Source: Coleofasciculus sp. B1-GNL1-01
GTDB lineage: Bacteria > Cyanobacteriota > Cyanobacteriia > Cyanobacteriales > Coleofasciculaceae
Length of the DNA: 12,088 bases
Assembly: GCA_040220235.1 (NCBI GenBank)
Contig: JAVJTO010000136.1
Strand: one strand, 5' to 3'
The notes below the pieces were generated by a model. The model was not told the origin of the DNA. It ran no database searches and worked only from the letters and a program-made list of their open reading frames with translations. The position numbers and the translations under genes are program-made. Below, piece after piece: positions 1 through 8,022 of this stretch (positions are counted from its first letter, which is position 1; each line of letters begins with the position of its first letter).

Positions 1-136
1 CGTACTAGGATGATTCGTCACGTAGATGGTTATTCCTACTCACCACTCAAGTATGTCACGAAGGCGGATAAATCCGCAATGTCGCTTTTCCTCCCCGGCT
101 TTGAAAGACCGGGGCTACCAAGCTCCTGTAGTTTAC
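1..136 (-). mobile_element. IS200/IS605-family left end (copy A), element continues beyond window start; inserted 3' of ACAC (140..137, minus strand)
   Basis: Exact reverse complement of 11954..12088. Read on the minus strand: ACAC|GTAAACTACAGGAGCTTG-GTAG-CCCCGGTCTTTCAAAGCCGGGG, an imperfect GC-rich subterminal hairpin with a bulged T (93..114) preceded by a 4-nt guide. A second hairpin GCGGAT-TT-ATCCGC follows. It interrupts the large minus-strand ORF. No transposase is visible, so the family call rests on end architecture only. Confidence 0.75.
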
Positions 137-3080
137 GTGTGGTACTTTCAGCTAATTTTGTGTTCAGGTTGTTAATGACACCATCAAGCTGCTGCTGTAC
201 ACCTGCGGTCAAATTTTTCAGTTCACCCACTGTCGTATCTGCACGACTATTAACCCCATTCGTGTGACCATTTTGCAACTGCGTGAACGCTTGGCTGGCA
301 CGCTGCACCTCTTGGGCAATAGTCGTATTAAACTCCTCAGCCACCGTCGTGCCAGCAGCCGATGCCTGCTGAGTCACCGTATTGATACTGCCCAGCATCT
401 CCTGGGTTTGTTGATCAATCCCCTGTTCCGAATTGCTGATACCCGTCTCCAGGGATGCCTGAGTCGCTGCCATCATGCCATCAAGCTGACCCTGTGCCTC
501 CGCAATCACGGCGTTGACCACTGGTAGATTTGGGGTTTCCATGCCTTGAGCTTGGTCAGCAAATTGCTGGAATGCGCCTTGCACGTTAGTAGTTGCTTGG
601 TTAACCCCTGCTTGCAGCGCCGCTGTTACTTGCTCGGCATTGGCATTAATTCCCAGTTTCTGCTGTTCCCCTAAACTATTGAGCTGAGTTAACTGGGTTG
701 CCTGCATTTGGTCTAAGGAACTCAGGGTGGCATTGAGATTCTGATCAATGCTTTGGAGTTGACCCTTCAAGGCTTGGGATGCCATGTTCAGCGCCGATTT
801 CTCAGACTGGGCGAGTTCTTGCAGAGCCGCCTTGTACTTGAGTTGCAGCTCGTTGCGAGTCGTCGCCACAACCTGCTGCATTCCTTTCACTACTTCCGAC
901 TGGCTGGTGGAGAGTTCTGCGGCTTTTTCATTGGCGTTTTGCTGTAAGCCGTCACTATAGGAGGCAGCGACATCCCCGGCTGCTTTAATCTTGGCTTGGC
1001 GCCAGTTTTCAACGTAGGTTTCTCTGTCAAAGCTTTCCAGAAATTCCGTAATAAAATTACTGGGTTCTGGGGGAGATTCACCTGCAAATTGTTTTTGGTA
1101 ATCGTTACCAATTTGGATGGCTTCCTTGCCAACCGTCACCCCAGCAGCTCGGAAATCTTGGGCAGCTTTGGTGAAGGGTTTGGCAATATCAGACGCCATT
1201 CCCGTCTCAATTTGCTGGAGTTGAGCAAGGCTCGTTTGGTATTCTGTTTGGATGCGATCGCGTGCAGCGGTTGTGGAGGATTTGATCGCCCCGACAGTCG
1301 CTTGGTGTTGTCCCGTTACCTCCTGTTTTGCCCCTTGCGCCTGACTTTGAACTTGGCTACGGGCTTGAGCCATGGCATTAGTAATGGTTGCTTGATTTTG
1401 GCTGATTGCCATATCCACAGCAGCCACAGCTTGCCCCGCCGATGCCTGGATGCGAGGTGCAATGGTTTGTCCGAGGCTGCCTATACTTGCCACGCGCTGT
1501 GAACCCGAAGCCATGAATTGAGACATCGCGGCTTCTGCCTGGAGGCGCTGCTGTTCCATTGAGCTAGCTACCTGAGCTTCAGGAATGGGATGAGCGACAA
1601 TGCCTTGCTCAGCAGCAGCTAGGGAGGCTTGGGGATTCTCGGTTTGGCAAACAACCATACCATTTCCCGCCGCACCCAAAACCGTTTGGGGGTTGAGGGC
1701 AGCAATTCCTGCCTCGGTAGTCACAAAGGTGGGCTTGATTTGAGGTGGAGTAAATGCTACGCCTGTATTGGTTGGGGGTTGTGAGTTCGCCGCCGCCGTT
1801 TCTATCTGACTGCTGGTTTGGGCTACCGCCGTTGCTGCTTCCGCTTGTTTTCCAGCCACTTGTTCTTTTTGAGTGGTGACTTGGGCAACAGCGTCTTGAT
1901 CGACTTTTTCCTCATCAGTGGGTGTCTGTTTGGGGGTATCTCCTGTAGCGTCTGGACTCTCTTGCTCTCCAGCTTGAGCGGTAGCGGTTTCCTCTTTTGC
2001 ACCTGCTTCCGTTTTTGTCTCCGGCTCACCTAGATTTTCTGTTGTTTCGGCTGTCTCTGTTTTCGTTACGGCTTCAACAGCCTTTTGCGCGTCCTGGTTA
2101 GCCGTCTTGGCACTGGCGACATCGGGATTCGTGGACTCACTCTTACTGTTTTCCGCCTGACTCTTGTCCGTATTGGCACTATCAGTATCAGCGTTCTTAT
2201 GCTTACCTTTTTCGTCCTGAATGGCTACTTTCCGTTTAGCTTGAGAATTGCTCTCCGGCTGGTTCCGAGCAGTCTCCCTATCTGGCTCATTTTCAGCCGC
2301 CGCACTTGTGCTTTTGGTATCAGCAACGGCATCGCTCTCCGTTTCAGTTTCCTCTAGGGTTTCAGATTCACTTATTCCCTCCTGTGTGTCGTCTGAGGGC
2401 GTTTCCCTCTTGGTTTGAACGGGAGTCTCAGACGTCAGCCGATTCAACCCATTCAATCTAAGATTGGTTCTCTGTCCCAAAAGCGGTTGATACTGAGTCT
2501 CTAACCCCTTTTGGGGCAGCTTCCTCTGCACCGAAGATGGCTCTTTTCCTGGAGCATTGACTGGAACTTTCAGCCAGTTGGAACTCAAACGGGATGCTCG
2601 TTCCTTTTGAGCTTGTAAATCCGGGATTTGGGATTGCGGCTTTTCCGTTTCTGCCTCTGACTCCCCAGCAGGGGTAACACCTTCTGTTTCAGATGACTCC
2701 TGACCCTGTGATGCGGCGGCGGAGGATTGTTGTTTTTCTGATTCAACAGTTTCTTCTACCTGTTCTGATGTTGCCTCAACGTCTGGTACTTCCTGCGGCT
2801 GAGAGTTATCTTCTGATCCTCCACTAGCAGGCTTTTGCTGAATGGGTTGCGGTGGAGGTGTTTCTGATGCTTTAACCGGGACGTTCAAACCGTTGTAACC
2901 CACAAAGGCTGCTTGTTCCAGTTTCTGTTGCAGAAAAGCCTTCTGTTCTTCAGGGGAGCGTCGCACCACCTTTTCCGGCGGCTTGGGGACTTTGAAGCGG
3001 CGCCGCTGCAATGGATTGGGCGCTGGCGTCCGATTAAAGGGTGAGGAATTTTTTTTGCGGATGGGTTCTTGAAAAGACAT
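36..3080 (-). CDS. Large Gln/Ala/Glu-rich hypothetical protein, C-terminally truncated by IS insertion; N-terminus resembles cyanobacterial eCIS-associated (DUF4157-type) proteins
   Basis: Open frame of 1014 aa from ATG 3080 (ORF track starts at TTG 3098). It has a basic/Pro-rich N-terminus, a duplicated LQxxxExAxxxxxNxLxVPVxA motif, IQQK/VQRK/VQTK motifs, an acidic disordered linker and ~500 aa of Q/A-rich predicted helix. The last 33 aa (RKLQEL...YLSGE) are read from the IS end. The functional link is an inference and no DUF4157 HExxH motif is seen. Confidence 0.7.
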   Translation of the reverse strand: MSFQEPIRKKNSSPFNRTPAPNPLQRRRFKVPKPPEKVVRRSPEEQKAFLQQKLEQAAFVGYNGLNVPVKASETPPPQPIQQKPASGGSEDNSQPQEVPDVEATSEQVEETVESEKQQSSAAASQGQESSETEGVTPAGESEAETEKPQSQIPDLQAQKERASRLSSNWLKVPVNAPGKEPSSVQRKLPQKGLETQYQPLLGQRTNLRLNGLNRLTSETPVQTKRETPSDDTQEGISESETLEETETESDAVADTKSTSAAAENEPDRETARNQPESNSQAKRKVAIQDEKGKHKNADTDSANTDKSQAENSKSESTNPDVASAKTANQDAQKAVEAVTKTETAETTENLGEPETKTEAGAKEETATAQAGEQESPDATGDTPKQTPTDEEKVDQDAVAQVTTQKEQVAGKQAEAATAVAQTSSQIETAAANSQPPTNTGVAFTPPQIKPTFVTTEAGIAALNPQTVLGAAGNGMVVCQTENPQASLAAAEQGIVAHPIPEAQVASSMEQQRLQAEAAMSQFMASGSQRVASIGSLGQTIAPRIQASAGQAVAAVDMAISQNQATITNAMAQARSQVQSQAQGAKQEVTGQHQATVGAIKSSTTAARDRIQTEYQTSLAQLQQIETGMASDIAKPFTKAAQDFRAAGVTVGKEAIQIGNDYQKQFAGESPPEPSNFITEFLESFDRETYVENWRQAKIKAAGDVAASYSDGLQQNANEKAAELSTSQSEVVKGMQQVVATTRNELQLKYKAALQELAQSEKSALNMASQALKGQLQSIDQNLNATLSSLDQMQATQLTQLNSLGEQQKLGINANAEQVTAALQAGVNQATTNVQGAFQQFADQAQGMETPNLPVVNAVIAEAQGQLDGMMAATQASLETGISNSEQGIDQQTQEMLGSINTVTQQASAAGTTVAEEFNTTIAQEVQRASQAFTQLQNGHTNGVNSRADTTVGELKNLTAGVQQQLDGVINNLNTKLAESTTRKLQELGSPGLSKPGRKSDIADLSAFVTYLSGE

Positions 3081-3320
3081 TGCCAAACGTGTCCCCAATC
3101 AATGCTGATCTTTTCTGTGCCTCCATCAACCGCCAATGGCGTGTGTGGGAAGATTCAGAATAAAATATCCTCAATTTTATCTTGGAGATAAGGTAAGCGC
3201 TCATTCCTCTCATCAAAACTTAACCAACTCGCGATCGCTATAGTGGTATCGAGCTTGGAGAAAATCAATGCGATCGTCTCTCACCCCATCAACTGTTCTG
3301 TTATCACTTGTGTTATCTTA

Positions 3321-3710
3321 CTACGCCTGCTCCAACCAATCCACTAAATCCGACACCTCAGAAAAATCCAATAGCGCTTCTGCTAACGCTTCCAACTGGA
3401 CGATGGGTAATCTCCTAACCTGCTCAATTAATACTGGCTCAACCTCACCCAACCGCCGCTTAAGCTGACGGATAATCAAATTCACCTCTCCTGCTCGTGG
3501 CTGCTGATCCAACCAAGCCGTTAAATCAGTAGTTGCCGAAAAATCCAATATCGCTACCCCTAACGCCTCTAGCTGTTCGGGAGGTAACTCCCTAACCCGC
3601 TCAATTAATGCTGGTTCAACCTTACCCAGTCGCCGCTCAATCAGGCGTCTAGTCAAGCTGAATATCCCTTGTTGCAAAATATCTTGATAAATTACAGATC
3701 CACGCATCAT
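3321..3710 (-). CDS. DUF4351 domain-containing protein (two tandem DUF4351 repeats); C-terminal remnant of an Rpn-family (PD-(D/E)XK nuclease/putative transposase) gene
   Basis: MMRGSVIYQDILQQG is followed by two repeats of the LxxRxLxRRLGxV...LxxxQLEALxxAxLDFSxxxDLxxWL type. GGGAGG lies just upstream of ATG ATG (3710/3707). The in-frame upstream stretch STEILAGLRFEKDLIRRFLRED (to 3776) resembles the pre-C-terminal helix of cyanobacterial Rpn proteins and is preceded by TAA at 3779..3777. Confidence 0.8.
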   Translation of the reverse strand: MMRGSVIYQDILQQGIFSLTRRLIERRLGKVEPALIERVRELPPEQLEALGVAILDFSATTDLTAWLDQQPRAGEVNLIIRQLKRRLGEVEPVLIEQVRRLPIVQLEALAEALLDFSEVSDLVDWLEQA

Positions 3711-3810
3711 ATCCTCCCGCAAAAACCGACGAATTAAATCTTTCTCAAACCGTAACCCCGCGAGAATTTCTGTACTTTAGCTACATCTTTACTATTTTTT
3801 ACTAAAACAC

Positions 3811-3883
3811 TGTCACGCCGTTAAATTAGGAATAGGTAGCGAGCAAGATGCAAAGCTTGCGGCATGGCTTCGCTTAACGCACT
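3811..3883. repeat. Probable short dispersed cyanobacterial repeat / MITE-like remnant
   Basis: GTAGCGAGCAAGATGC-AAAGCTTGCGGCATGGCTTCGCTTAAC-GCACT resembles the GTAG-led GCGAGCAAGATGCTCGCACT palindromic repeat with a short internal insert. This is recognition from memory of cyanobacterial intergenic repeats, and there is only one copy in the window. Confidence 0.4.
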
Positions 3884-3947
3884 AAAACGATTTTGCCTAA
3901 AAATCATCAAATCAATCGTTCACTTTCATGATGCTACCGCTTTAACT

Positions 3948-4331
3948 CTAATCATCATAACTAAACTTCAACGCGACAAACTTATCACTAGAACCTGGGC
4001 GCTGACAAAATACTTCTTGTGAGCGATCGCGTTCATCTTTTACACAACTCACCATCCGTTTAAATTGTTCGACATTGTTTTTATACTGTCCTGGATTGAT
4101 ACGGAGTTTTTGGCGGAATTGTCCCCAAGTAACATCAACAATATCATCTCCACATACCATTTCGACTTCACCCCGTTCTACGTCAATATCACCCACATCT
4201 ACTTCAATTTCAGCATCTTCAATTTCCAAGATGTTGCACGTCTCTAGTTGAGCGCGATCGCCACAAGCGGCTAATCCACCAACAGTGATCGTAATAACAC
4301 CACCGAGAATAAGAGAGATAATCTTGTTCAT
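3948..4331 (-). CDS. Hypothetical lipoprotein (127 aa)
   Basis: MNKIISLILGGVITITVGGLAA|C gives a basic N-terminus, hydrophobic core and LAAC lipobox, which favours ATG 4331 over the upstream TTG. The mature part has four more Cys and an acidic beta-rich stretch (EIEDAEIEVDVGDIDVERGEVEM). Confidence 0.75.
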   Translation of the reverse strand: MNKIISLILGGVITITVGGLAACGDRAQLETCNILEIEDAEIEVDVGDIDVERGEVEMVCGDDIVDVTWGQFRQKLRINPGQYKNNVEQFKRMVSCVKDERDRSQEVFCQRPGSSDKFVALKFSYDD

Positions 4332-4393
4332 ATTTGTTTCTTGAATTGTGAGCATAATTATAAACAAATAACATAAATAAATTATTCAATTAA

Positions 4394-6721
4394 CTATAAA
4401 TCACTGATAAACATCATCGCTGACGCCTGATTCACGGTTGCCACTCTTGCCACTGCATGACGCCAATTTTGCTGGTCTTGCTTCCGGGTTTCTAACTCCT
4501 TAAATTCTAACCAAACCTTGGAGCGAACATCCTCATCACTCAGAAAAATTTCCCACTCTCGCTTCATGTCTCTGGCATAAATAACCAAATCGATAAATTC
4601 CTGCACCATATAATAACGAGCTTGACTGGGTGCAGTTAGCCAACTATTTAATGTTTCCTGACAAGCCGCCACTGCTTGCTCATGCAGCTTTTCCAGGTTC
4701 CTGAGTACCTCTGAAGCATTGGACGGATCAGGTAAAATTCCGAACACTTCCGCCAGACTTAAATCAATATCTGATTGCAGAATTTCATCAAGCTGTTTGC
4801 GAATTAAATGTAATAGAACACTCCCGTAAGAAAACTCGAATTCCCAAAGCGTTCTAAACCCTAACTCTAATTGATTTCCCCGTTGTCCTAGTAAATCAGC
4901 CATGTCTTTGAGAAAATCAGCGCCTCTGGTTGAGGTTAATTCGCCCAATTTACCTTGATTGACTAACACATCAGTTACTAACGATTTCACTTTATCAATC
5001 GATAGTCTCAATCCTTGATCAACTTGTAAAAAATGCCGCGATAAATGAATTCGCAGTTCCCGAATGTAGACGCGGTAGATAGCTTGATAGGATTCTTTAA
5101 ACTCAAATTCACAACTGCGGCTGATAATCTCCTGATCTGTCTCTGGAATCCCTTTATCGGTTTGACAGTTTTTCAACGCGGCTTGCACCGCCACCTGAAA
5201 ATCTGGATCAATGGCTTCACATTGTTCTTTCAGTTGATTCCTCAGTTCTAAAAGACCTTGGATTAGTTCCTGAGACAGTTGCTCAAATAATCGTCTAAAT
5301 TGGCGAGATTCCCCCGAATTGTATCCCAAGGCTTGAGTCGATTTTTCCAGTGCTTGCTGAATCTGCTGATGTAATTGTTGCAGGTTACTTTGGCAATGAA
5401 TCGCGTATCGCTGATCCAAGTCTTGAATATTCACCGTGAGATAGTCTAAAACCTGATTAAAGACTCGGTTAGCATCATCTGGATCAGAACAATCTGCTAT
5501 TTCGGTCTGTACGACCTGAATCGTATCAATATTTTGCTTAAGGCGTTGACAGGCTCTAAGATTCTCAGTTCTGCGACTATAATTTAAAATCATAAATGAC
5601 CGTTTTTCTAGATCATTCAGAGCTTGCGCTGCTTTATCATATAACTGAGTATCTAGGCGTTGCCATTGATAACGCTGCGGATCAGGTCGTTTAATAAACA
5701 AAACCACATCCACTTCATTCCCCAAGGTTTCTAACATTAGCGTTTCATCGCCTAACTTGGAGTCACCTAAACCCGGAACATCTACTAACGCAATGTTGCC
5801 CACATCCGGATTTTGAAACGGACAAACTATCTTAACCTCTTTTACTGCCAAGTGTTTGAACGTGATTAAATAATTCTGCTGCGTACCATCCCGTTTTTGC
5901 ATCACATAATCGGTAATTTCTTCCGCCTGAATTTTGAGCGATCGCGGATTTCCAGACTGAAGCAAAGATCTATAGTGACGGAGATTTTGATGATAATCGT
6001 AGCAGAGGCGTTTGTACATCTCTTCATTGCTTGCTCCGACTACTCCTTGTTCGGGAAATACCTGGTTGGCGAACTCATCTAAACTATAGGGTTTTTCCGT
6101 TAAACCAAGTTCATCGTAATAGGGATAAATAACTTCCTTTAAAAAGGATGATTCCGAATGTAGCGTGACTTCAACCTGAACAGAGGTTTTGGGTTTAGGT
6201 AAAACCATCTGGTCTTGAATTCCATATAAACTAGAGCCAACGCCATTAAATTGAACCGTTTTATCCTCTGAATTATTGTTAGTCAATAATTCCTCTTGCC
6301 GATTTTCAATTGTACTGCGAACTGCCGTGCAAGCTCCTCCTTCTAGTGCCGGAATTTCATTATCAGTCAGTCCACTTAAGGTTTTCAGTAATGTACTTTT
6401 TCCCTGTCCCATTAATCCGACAACGCCAATATTTAAGGTAGGACGCGAGAAACGTTTTTGCAGACTGTTCAGATTCTCGGATTCAATTTGAAGTTGTTGC
6501 AACAAATAGGAGAGATGAATGGTATTGAATTTCTCTTGGATTTCACTCTCACCGAACGATACCGCCAGCCGTTGACGATACCGTTCTAATTCGCCCAAGG
6601 CGGAGGTAAGTTGAGCGAGATGGCTTTCTACCTGTTGTATGTTTTGGACTAGGGGTTGGCGCTGTTCGATGATCTGGTTAATCCGTTGCGCTCTTGTCTG
6701 GGGGGGTTGGCTGGTATTCAT
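4394..6721 (-). CDS. Dynamin-like (TRAFAC) GTPase family protein, 775 aa
   Basis: N-terminal coiled coil, then G1 GLMGQGKS (aa 102-109), G2 GGACT, G3 LVDVPGLGD, a degenerate G4 (MILNYS) and a long helical C-terminal stalk. This is the layout of bacterial dynamin-like proteins. Confidence 0.85.
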   Translation of the reverse strand: MNTSQPPQTRAQRINQIIEQRQPLVQNIQQVESHLAQLTSALGELERYRQRLAVSFGESEIQEKFNTIHLSYLLQQLQIESENLNSLQKRFSRPTLNIGVVGLMGQGKSTLLKTLSGLTDNEIPALEGGACTAVRSTIENRQEELLTNNNSEDKTVQFNGVGSSLYGIQDQMVLPKPKTSVQVEVTLHSESSFLKEVIYPYYDELGLTEKPYSLDEFANQVFPEQGVVGASNEEMYKRLCYDYHQNLRHYRSLLQSGNPRSLKIQAEEITDYVMQKRDGTQQNYLITFKHLAVKEVKIVCPFQNPDVGNIALVDVPGLGDSKLGDETLMLETLGNEVDVVLFIKRPDPQRYQWQRLDTQLYDKAAQALNDLEKRSFMILNYSRRTENLRACQRLKQNIDTIQVVQTEIADCSDPDDANRVFNQVLDYLTVNIQDLDQRYAIHCQSNLQQLHQQIQQALEKSTQALGYNSGESRQFRRLFEQLSQELIQGLLELRNQLKEQCEAIDPDFQVAVQAALKNCQTDKGIPETDQEIISRSCEFEFKESYQAIYRVYIRELRIHLSRHFLQVDQGLRLSIDKVKSLVTDVLVNQGKLGELTSTRGADFLKDMADLLGQRGNQLELGFRTLWEFEFSYGSVLLHLIRKQLDEILQSDIDLSLAEVFGILPDPSNASEVLRNLEKLHEQAVAACQETLNSWLTAPSQARYYMVQEFIDLVIYARDMKREWEIFLSDEDVRSKVWLEFKELETRKQDQQNWRHAVARVATVNQASAMMFISDL

Positions 6722-6846
6722 GAAACCAGAAACGTTATTGTTAAACCATTAGATTACTCCAAAGTCGGCGCTATTTGATTGCAGCGGAATGGCACTGAAA
6801 ATTTGCATTTTGGTATCGCCTTCATCCTTGACATCCTTGATATACC

Positions 6847-7022
6847 GTAGAGTGGGCATTACCCACCAGCATAGCAGTCAGAAAAGGGTTGTATAGATTG
6901 TAGGCGGGATTGACAGAGACAAACCAAACCGTTAATTTCCTATCTGCCATAACCCACCAATCTATCATTTCCTGGGCGCAAGTCTTATTCTTCTGTTCTG
7001 GGCGCAAGCTTTGCGCCCCTAT
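6847..7022. repeat. Cluster of degenerate GTAG-type REP-like palindromes in the divergent intergenic region
   Basis: GTAG-A-GTGGG-CATTA-CCCAC (6847..6866), GTAGGCGGG...AACCCACC (6900..6958), direct repeat CTGGGCGCAAG at 6972 and 6998, and hairpin GGGCGCAA-GCT-TTGCGCCC-CTAT (7000..7022). Confidence 0.6.
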
Positions 7023-7134
7023 GATTGATGTATTAACAAAGCTATAAATGTTGTATCGTTTTATTAATACATCAGATCCAAACGATTGAGAATAAGCGAG
7101 ACTACATAACATAGCACGAAAAGGGTTGTCGATC

Positions 7135-8022
7135 ATGAAATCGTCTGGGTTGGGTTTCCGCTGCTTGTTCGCTCTTCTATCCCTATGCCAAGCAATTCTC
7201 TGTGGCGTTGCAGCGCTAATTGGAGATTCCGCCGCCCTAGCGCAATCCATCACCCCAGCCGCAGACGGTACAGGTACAACGGTTACGGAAAATGGTACCC
7301 AATATGATATTGACGGTGGTAGTATTTCCGCCGATGGGAGTAATTTATTCCATAGTTTTGAGCAGTTTGGCTCAAATGCAAACCAAACTGCCAATTTTCT
7401 CGCCAATCCCAACCTGGAAAATATTCTCAGTCGCGTCACGGGTGGAAATGCGTCGGTAATTAACGGTTTGATTCAGGTAACGGGGGGAACGCCTAATTTA
7501 TATTTAATGAATCCGGCGGGAATTATTTTGGGGGAAGGTGCGAGTTTAAACGTTCCTGCTAATTTTACCGCCACAACCGCCACAGGAATTGGATTTGAAA
7601 ATAACACTTGGTTTAATGCCAGTGGTGCGAATAATTATCAAACCTTAATTGGCACACCCAATCAGTTTTCCTTTAACGTATCCCAACCGGGAACTATTGT
7701 TAATGCTGGCGACTTATCCGTATCACCAGGGCAAACTGTCACCTTACTCGGTGGTAGTGTAATCAATACAGGAACCATCACCGCAGCCGGAGGAACCGTT
7801 ACCGTGGCAGCGGTTCCGGGTTCCAATTTAGTCAAGATATCTCAGCCAGGAAAATTACTATCGTTAGAAATTGAACAACCCACCAATGGTATGGGAGAAC
7901 CCTTACCCGTTACACCTCTAGATTTACCTGAGTTGTTAACGGGTAACGAGGAAACTGTTGAGACTGGGCTTGATGTGTTGTTATTTGGTCAGATGAAACA
8001 GCTAATATACATGGAACATTAA
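7135..8022 (+). CDS. Filamentous haemagglutinin N-terminal (TPS secretion) domain fragment, 295 aa
   Basis: Signal peptide ending ...[17 protein letters not shown], plus motifs [27 protein letters not shown] and [10 protein letters not shown]. The last ~15 aa ([14 protein letters not shown]) are out of frame. Confidence 0.8.
   Translation: MKSSGLGFRCLFALLSLCQAILCGVAALIGDSAALAQSITPAADGTGTTVTENGTQYDIDGGSISADGSNLFHSFEQFGSNANQTANFLANPNLENILSRVTGGNASVINGLIQVTGGTPNLYLMNPAGIILGEGASLNVPANFTATTATGIGFENNTWFNASGANNYQTLIGTPNQFSFNVSQPGTIVNAGDLSVSPGQTVTLLGGSVINTGTITAAGGTVTVAAVPGSNLVKISQPGKLLSLEIEQPTNGMGEPLPVTPLDLPELLTGNEETVETGLDVLLFGQMKQLIYMEH

Noticed and set aside
10..267. 85-aa plus-strand ORF and its mirror ORFs at 11857..12054 and 11867..12064
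   Set aside because: They straddle the IS/host junctions, overlap real genes and share sequence only because of the repeat.
3228..3277. Imperfect hairpin around HIP1 at 3231 as terminator of the DUF4351 gene
   Set aside because: The pairing depends on G-T pairs on the plus strand that become mismatches on the transcribed minus strand, and there is no U-tract.
264..3468. Short ORFs overlapping the large minus-strand gene and the DUF4351 gene
   Set aside because: They lie in alternative frames or antisense to better-supported genes and have no domain features.
6822..7439. 205-aa minus-strand ORF
   Set aside because: It is antisense to the conserved haemagglutinin N-terminus, runs through REP-like repeats and has no recognisable motifs.
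7971..8022. Programmed ribosomal frameshift or phase-variable tract in the adhesin gene
   Set aside because: There is no slippery heptamer, homopolymer or long simple repeat at the junction, and apparently missing family sequence points to a deletion.
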